Shown: positions 46,141-51,204 of the stretch, one piece after another
Numbering within the stretch: the first letter of the stretch is position 1
Layout of the letters: each line of letters opens with the position of its first letter
Origin: a virus
Lineage: Duplodnaviria > Caudoviricetes
DNA: 51,204 nucleotides
IMG/VR virus record: IMGVR_UViG_3300042196_000297
Coordinates: 1-51,204 of that record
Strand: one strand, 5' to 3'
Translations under genes and position numbers: made by a program
The notes under the pieces: model-generated
Databases searched by the model: none
What the model saw: the letters and a program-made list of their open reading frames with translations, nothing else
What the model was told of the DNA's origin: nothing

Positions 46141-46413
46141 CTAGTCTTTCGTCGGCCGATGCTCGGCGCACCAGCCCGTAGCGGGCAGCATCGGGAAGAG
46201 AGCGCGGGGTTGTTGGACGATGCGCCGGCTGGGGGCCGCACCGCGGGACATGAGACGCGTGACTTCGGGGACGGGGATGGTGTCGGTCGTGAGGACGATC
46301 TGCGGCGGGAAGCGCCGGCAGAAGCCGAGGGCGACTTCGTCCGGGCCAGGCGCCTCCGCGTCGGGGGGCCGGTAGAAGCAAGCGCAGGAGGCGCAGGTGG
46401 GGGCGTCCATCAC
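46141..46413 (-). CDS. Small Cys-rich phage protein
   Basis: CASC...GFCRRFPP...FP.....WCAEH. Confidence 0.7.
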   Translation of the reverse strand: MMDAPTCASCACFYRPPDAEAPGPDEVALGFCRRFPPQIVLTTDTIPVPEVTRLMSRGAAPSRRIVQQPRALFPMLPATGWCAEHRPTKD

Positions 46414-46807
46414 TTCGCCCCGTTCGCCAGTCCGCTGGCCAAGTTCGCGCGGGCGGCGTCGAGAGCGAGGGCGAGGGCCTTGCGTTCCTTCCGCGCCTCC
46501 TTGACGGCGTGGAAGGCTTCCGTCTTGCGCACTTCCTTCCGCGCGGCCTTCAGCGCGTCGCGCATCTCAACCACGCGCTCATCGGCGTCGAGCGTGGCCT
46601 TCTTGTAGGTCAGAGGTCGGTCTTCGCCTCGGTGACGCCTTCCTCGGCCTCGACCTCGGCGAGCGTGGTCTTCATGGTTTCGAGCCGCGCGTCGAAGACG
46701 GCGAGGGCTTCGGCATCGCGCACGATGGCGACGGCCGCGCGCTGGGCGGCCTCGAAGTCGAAGACGACTTGGTGATGGGCGGCGGGGGTGAAGTCGGGCT
46801 TCGTCAT
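46410..46807 (-). CDS. Coiled-coil protein split over two frames (46610-46807 and 46410-46613)
   Basis: The first ORF ends KTDL-stop; a shifted frame continues LTYKKATLDADERVVEM... Confidence 0.5.
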
Positions 46808-46864
46808 GTCACGGCTCCTTTGTAGCGTTTGGCGGTGGGAATGGAAATACCGCTTGCGCGAGGC

Positions 46865-47146
46865 TCACGCTCGCGGCGTCTTTCGGGCTCGCGCCGGCAT
46901 CGGCGCGGGAAGGGAACGGTCAATGAGCGACGCGACTTCCTCGAGGGACAGCCCGAGCAGCCGGGACAGCCCGACGTGGACGGCCGCGGACTGGCGACGC
47001 CCGAGGAGAGCGCCCGAGAGCCCGGCGTAGTGGAGGCCGTGGATCTTCCGCTTCTCGGCCAGGGTGAGGAGGTCCTTGAGCTTGTGGAGGCCGGTGAGCC
47101 GCCAGGCGGCGTCGCGGAGGTTGCGGAAGCGGGGTGGGGTGGTCAT
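46865..47146 (-). CDS. Cro-like HTH protein
   Basis: LHYAGLSGALLGRR...LSRLLGLSLEEV. Confidence 0.55.
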   Translation of the reverse strand: MTTPPRFRNLRDAAWRLTGLHKLKDLLTLAEKRKIHGLHYAGLSGALLGRRQSAAVHVGLSRLLGLSLEEVASLIDRSLPAPMPARARKTPRA

Positions 47147-47346
47147 GGGGGATTGGTCTCCATCCGGCGGTCGAGGATGGCCTGCAGGCCGCAATCGCAG
47201 GGTCGTGGTCGGGCGCGGCCGGTACGCGCGTCACGGTCAAAATCGCACGAGACGTCGTGTACCGCGAACTCGACCAGCGCTTCCGCGACGGAGCGCCATG
47301 CGTCGGCGAGAGCACGGAGGTTGGCGACTGGATCGGGGTCGATCAT
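47143..47346 (-). CDS. Small hypothetical protein
   Basis: H...C...CDCG; ATGA overlaps. Confidence 0.55.
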   Translation of the reverse strand: MIDPDPVANLRALADAWRSVAEALVEFAVHDVSCDFDRDARTGRARPRPCDCGLQAILDRRMETNPP

Positions 47347-47693
47347 GCCGGGAGCGTCCGGATCTCGGCCAGCTTGGCGACGGCGGTTCGTACCGCGTCC
47401 TCGCAGGCGCCGAGGTCGGTGTCGGGCGTGCCGAGCGTGGCGAATTCGTCGTCGATGAGCGCGGCCTCGGCGTCGAGTTTCCCGCGCCGAACGGACAGGA
47501 TGTTCACGCGGTCGATCGCCACGAGGAGGGCGGTGACCCGCTCGCGGAAGGCGGGCCCCTTGGCTTCGATGGCCTCGCGCTCCGCGGGCGTGTGGGCGTC
47601 GCGCCAGGCGGCGAAGCGCGAGGGCTTGCGGGACTTGGGCGGGGCCTCGGCCGGGACGGGGCTGGGGGCGACGATGTCGATGGGGTCATGCAT
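47343..47693 (-). CDS. Hypothetical helical protein
   Basis: AAAGG upstream; high-GC3 frame. Confidence 0.6.
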   Translation of the reverse strand: MHDPIDIVAPSPVPAEAPPKSRKPSRFAAWRDAHTPAEREAIEAKGPAFRERVTALLVAIDRVNILSVRRGKLDAEAALIDDEFATLGTPDTDLGACEDAVRTAVAKLAEIRTLPA

Positions 47694-47720
47694 GGGGAAG
47701 GGCCTTTCGTGGGTGAGGAC

Positions 47721-48284
47721 TCAGAAGCCCATCAGGCGGGCGACCAACCCGACGAGCGGGAAGGCGATGAGCCAGGCGAAAGGGATCGGATCGTTGGGGT
47801 CCACGGGAGGCGGGGACGTCCTGGCGGCGGCGGGTCCTGCCGTGGCCGCCCGAGAGGGCGCCGTCTTCCGCACGTCCTCCTCCTTGACCGGTTCCACCTC
47901 GGGGTACTTCATATCACGCCCGGGCGTGATACGGATCCACCCCGTCTTGCCGACGAGCAGCCCCGTGGCGAACGCTTCCTCGCCGAAGTGGATCGGGGTC
48001 ACGCCGCGGGCGTTGAGGTCGGCGCAGTCCACGCCGAAGCGCGCGCAGAGCCTCCGGATCGTCCAGCCGGCCTTGTCCGAGCAGGTGAACATCGACGTGA
48101 CCTCGCGGCCCTCGGGGTCCGTGAACACGGCCATGAACTTCGCGGAGCCGTCGTTGGCCTGGAACGGCTCGCCGTCTCGGGGGCCGAAGACGAGGCGGTC
48201 GATGGTGACCCGATGGTCGCCCATCGGGAGGGAAGCGGCGCGGGGACCCGCGCCGGAATCGTCGGTCCAGTCGTAGGGGGGCAT
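47721..48284 (-). CDS. SSB-like (DUF669-type) protein
   Basis: LP.G...V.I...LVGK...I...YPEV; Pro/Ala tail with DPIPF; follows the ATPase gene. Confidence 0.55.
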   Translation of the reverse strand: MPPYDWTDDSGAGPRAASLPMGDHRVTIDRLVFGPRDGEPFQANDGSAKFMAVFTDPEGREVTSMFTCSDKAGWTIRRLCARFGVDCADLNARGVTPIHFGEEAFATGLLVGKTGWIRITPGRDMKYPEVEPVKEEDVRKTAPSRAATAGPAAARTSPPPVDPNDPIPFAWLIAFPLVGLVARLMGF

Positions 48285-48285
48285 G

Positions 48286-49209
48286 TCATTCCTCGGGGGT
48301 GGTGGAGTCGTCGGATTCGGATGGAGTCTCGATCATCCGGCCGCGGAGTCGGTTGACGGCGAGGGCCAGGATGCTGGCGTCGGTCCGATGGGCGGCGAGG
48401 AAGGCCGCGATCTTGGGGCCGTCCTCGGGAGCTAGGTGAGCGAGCATGGAGCACGCTTCGTCGTAGAGGGCCTCGGGCGCGGCCGGCCGGGCGGCACTCC
48501 TCGCCTTGGCGTAGTCCTCGTAGTCGAGGGGCAGCGTGGCGGGGAGCGAGCACCGGTTCTTCGCGTCCCACGCGGCGGCGTGGGTCGTGTGAAGGATGCG
48601 GCGTCCGGAAGCGATGGCCTTCGCCTTCGGCCCATCCTTCCGCACGTTCTCTTCGTGGCAGGCGAAGAGCACCGTGTCCGCCCACTGCTTGAGCAAGGCG
48701 GCAGCCGCCTTGTGGACCGTCGGCTCGAATCGGTCGTAGTTCTCCCCGGACGGATTGGAGAACGTCCGGATCTGCGCGTGGGCGAGGAGCACGATGTCCA
48801 GGCCGCGCGCATCCCGGATGCGGTCGAGCATCGTGACGATCTCCCGCCACTGGGCGAGCGCGAGGGTGTAGCCCTTGCCGTAGCCGAACGCTTCGATGTT
48901 TATCTTCCCCCCTCGATCGCAGACATCCCTCCAGATGCGCGGCTCGAGGGCGTCGGCGGTATCGAGCACGATCGTGCGGAAGGCGTGGTCTTCCGTGGAG
49001 AGGCTTCCGAGGGCGTCGAGGACGTCGGGCAGACCCGCGTGGCGGAGGTCGATGCTGGCGACGTCGAGGTGGTTGATGCCTCCCTCGAGATCGAGGAAGA
49101 CGGGCGCTGGCGCAGCGGCGGCCCATGTGGACTTGCCGATGCCCTCCGTGCCGTAGAGGAGGATGCGATCGGGTTCCTGGCGCTTGCCGGTGTGGATGGT
49201 GAGAGGCAT
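48286..49209 (-). CDS. AAA_24 / Sak4-like ATPase (single-strand annealing)
   Basis: LLYGTEGIGKST, DLEGG, TIVLDT, GYGKGY, LLAH and AKNR motifs. Confidence 0.88.
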   Translation of the reverse strand: MPLTIHTGKRQEPDRILLYGTEGIGKSTWAAAAPAPVFLDLEGGINHLDVASIDLRHAGLPDVLDALGSLSTEDHAFRTIVLDTADALEPRIWRDVCDRGGKINIEAFGYGKGYTLALAQWREIVTMLDRIRDARGLDIVLLAHAQIRTFSNPSGENYDRFEPTVHKAAAALLKQWADTVLFACHEENVRKDGPKAKAIASGRRILHTTHAAAWDAKNRCSLPATLPLDYEDYAKARSAARPAAPEALYDEACSMLAHLAPEDGPKIAAFLAAHRTDASILALAVNRLRGRMIETPSESDDSTTPEE

Positions 49210-49211
49210 GA

Positions 49212-49580
49212 TCATTCCTCCTTGGGGCGGGGCTCGCGTTTGCGGCCCCACACGGGGTCATCGTCGATGTCGCTGATGTTCTTGCGCGCGGCCTCCTCCC
49301 ACGCATTCTCGCGGATGCTCTGGCGGACGTTCTCGGGCAGGTCGTGCTCCTCGTAGGCCCGCCCGTCGTTGCCCTGGGCGGGCCAGTAGACCTCGCATTC
49401 GGGGGCGCTCTCCGTCTCGCGCTCGGCCGGGTGGAGCGCGCAGGTGACAGTCAGGACGACCTCGGGGCCGACGCCGAGGCCGCCGCAATCTGCGCAGGCG
49501 GGACGGTCCTCGCGGTCGAGGCCGTCGCACATGCCGCACGGCGGCTCCCAGCCGAGGGTCACGGTCACGGTGGCGCTCAT
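49212..49580 (-). CDS. Zn-finger hypothetical protein
   Basis: CGMCDG...CADCGGLG. Confidence 0.6.
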   Translation of the reverse strand: MSATVTVTLGWEPPCGMCDGLDREDRPACADCGGLGVGPEVVLTVTCALHPAERETESAPECEVYWPAQGNDGRAYEEHDLPENVRQSIRENAWEEAARKNISDIDDDPVWGRKREPRPKEE

Positions 49581-50227
49581 GGGGCCACCACGGCGGCTGG
49601 CGCGATCCCGGCGAGGAACGCGAACAGCGCACGGAGGGCGGGAACGTACTGGGCCTTCTCCCCGGGCACGTGCTTGCCCACCAGGGACTCCACCAACCCG
49701 GGCCACTTGGGGAGGGTGTGCCGCTCGCATCCATACTGCAGCAGCACGCTCTCGTCCTCCATCCGCACGGCCCACCAGCCGAAGCCCAGCAGGTAGCCGG
49801 ATGCGATGAGCGTCTTCACCTTCGCGCCGTCGAGGGACGCGCCGACGAGGGACGCGCCGACGAGGGACGCGCCGTCGAGGGACGCGCCGACGAGGGACGC
49901 GCCGTCGAGGGACGCGCCGACGAGGGACGCGCCGTCGAGGAACGCGCCGACGAGGGACGCGCCGTCGAGGAACGCGCCGACGAGGGACGCGCCGTCGAGG
50001 AACGCGCCGCGGAGGGACGCGCCGTCGAGGGACGCGCCGTCGAGGGACGCGCCGACGAGGGACGCGCCGTCGAGGAACGCGCCGTCGAGGAACGCGCCGT
50101 CGAGGGACGCGCCGTCGAGGGACGCGCGGGCTGCTACCGCCTCGACCACCGCCGCGCGCAGGTCGGCCGCGGACTCCGAGTGGTAGAGCACCGCCCTAGT
50201 ATGGCGGTCTAGGATATCGACGTTCAT
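49577..50227 (-). CDS. Pentapeptide repeat protein
   Basis: About 20 tandem A(S/F)L(D/V)G units, followed by a YGCERHT..W C-terminal domain. Confidence 0.92.
   Translation of the reverse strand: MNVDILDRHTRAVLYHSESAADLRAAVVEAVAARASLDGASLDGAFLDGAFLDGASLVGASLDGASLDGASLRGAFLDGASLVGAFLDGASLVGAFLDGASLVGASLDGASLVGASLDGASLVGASLVGASLDGAKVKTLIASGYLLGFGWWAVRMEDESVLLQYGCERHTLPKWPGLVESLVGKHVPGEKAQYVPALRALFAFLAGIAPAAVVAP
49823..50128. repeat. 15-bp coding tandem repeat
   Basis: CGAGG(G/A)ACGCGCCG(T/A) units. Confidence 0.95.
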
Positions 50228-50238
50228 TGAGGGGCCTT

Positions 50239-50550
50239 TCAGCGGCCGAGCGTGGCCGCGTCGGTGGCGTGGGGGCAGGTGGAAGCGAGGAGGGCCTCGA
50301 CGTCCGCGTAGGTCCGCGGGCGCTCGAGGCGGCAGGCCCGGCAGGCGAGGACCCGGAGGCGCGCCGCCGCCCAGCGCGCGGCGCGGGCGAGGTAGGCGCG
50401 GGCGAACGCGGCGTACTCGGCGGCGGTGGCGGGACGGCCCAGCGTGTCGCTGAGGCAGTCCCGGTCGGTCGCGTCGGGGCGGTCGAACAGGCCGTGGGTC
50501 TCGTCGGCGCAGACCTCGGCGGCGGCGGTCACGCGGTCGGGAGGGGGCAT
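50239..50550 (-). CDS. Hypothetical protein
   Basis: AAAGGAG RBS; CxxC. Confidence 0.6.
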   Translation of the reverse strand: MPPPDRVTAAAEVCADETHGLFDRPDATDRDCLSDTLGRPATAAEYAAFARAYLARAARWAAARLRVLACRACRLERPRTYADVEALLASTCPHATDAATLGR

Positions 50551-50879
50551 GCGGCGCTCCTTTCGAGCCAGGCGACGGCGCGGGCCCCCGCGCCGAGGCT
50601 AGCGTTCAGGCTCGCGTGGGCGTAGGCGTGGCCGCGCCGGTACTCGTAGGCCAGCAGGGCGAGGAAATGGACGTGCGTGGAGACGAGCGCCGAGTCGATC
50701 TCCGCCTGATGGCGTGGGCTCCGCGTGTAGCGCTCGGCCTCCCGCGCGCTGCATCCGTGGGCCTGGGCCCAGGCGCGTTCCTCCGCTTCGCGCGCGCGAT
50801 GGTAGCGGTACCGTGTGACGGCGCCGCGGGCCAGGGCGGCGGCGACGCCCGCGAGGAAGCGGTACTCGTCGAGGGTCAT
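50529..50879 (-). CDS. Hypothetical protein
   Basis: AAAGGAGG RBS. Confidence 0.65.
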   Translation of the reverse strand: MTLDEYRFLAGVAAALARGAVTRYRYHRAREAEERAWAQAHGCSAREAERYTRSPRHQAEIDSALVSTHVHFLALLAYEYRRGHAYAHASLNASLGAGARAVAWLERSAACPLPTA

Positions 50880-50949
50880 GGACGGCCCTCCTTTCGGGGC
50901 AGGACGGTCTCAAGGATCTCGGAAGGCCGGGGGAGGTCGTCGGCCAGCG

Positions 50950-51135
50950 TCACGCGAGCCTCACGAGCGCCCAGAGGGCGTAGAGGGTGGCGAGGGCGGG
51001 CGGGACGGCGCAGAGCGGGTGCGCGGTCCAGCAGATGGCGGTGATGAGGGTGCCGACCGCGCCGATGAGGCCGAAGCCGGCGAGGCGGGCGGTGACGCTG
51101 ACGCGGGGGTCCACGCCGTCGGGGGGGAGGGTCAC
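50950..51135 (-). CDS. Small two-TM membrane protein
   Basis: GTGA overlap; two hydrophobic segments. Confidence 0.5.
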   Translation of the reverse strand: MTLPPDGVDPRVSVTARLAGFGLIGAVGTLITAICWTAHPLCAVPPALATLYALWALVRLA

Positions 51136-51204
51136 GGCTGCGCCTCGGGCCATGCCCGCTCGACGGCCCGGAGCCGGGCCTCCCACGGGGCGCGCTCGTC
51201 CCGC
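51078..51204. repeat. Second copy of the terminal direct repeat
   Basis: Exact copy of 1-127. Confidence 0.95.

Noticed and set aside
49823-50128. Second CRISPR array or DGR repeat
   Set aside because: Contiguous 15-bp in-frame units with no spacers; explained by the pentapeptide protein.

Overview
The window is a complete, circularly assembled, high-GC tailed-phage genome of about 51,077 bp: bases 1-127 repeat exactly at 51078-51204. Nearly all genes are on the minus strand. Reading down the minus strand: small early genes and a pentapeptide-repeat protein; Sak4-like ATPase and SSB-like genes; a compact type V CRISPR locus (567-aa Cas12m-like effector, 6-repeat/5-spacer array, no cas1/2); a PD-(D/E)xK nuclease; an NDT-like protein; a primase-helicase with an origin-like repeat region; a ParB-methyltransferase; DUF5131; terminases; a Mu-like head module; an atypical tail module with a very short tape-measure-like gene; and a lipoprotein-rich putative lysis region. 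A short plus-strand early operon (3082-6914) diverges from a methyltransferase operon. Two things stand out. (1) The Cas12m-like effector keeps a canonical RuvC D-E-D triad. (2) The head module fuses the portal to a complete-looking type IB topoisomerase, and the next gene is an ADP-ribosyltransferase. Both enzyme domains follow the same YAA-x-F-x-EE-x-HPR linker, whose YAA core recurs in the prohead protease/scaffold, suggesting a protease-released virion cargo system. All family calls come from motif recognition by eye; no database searches were run.
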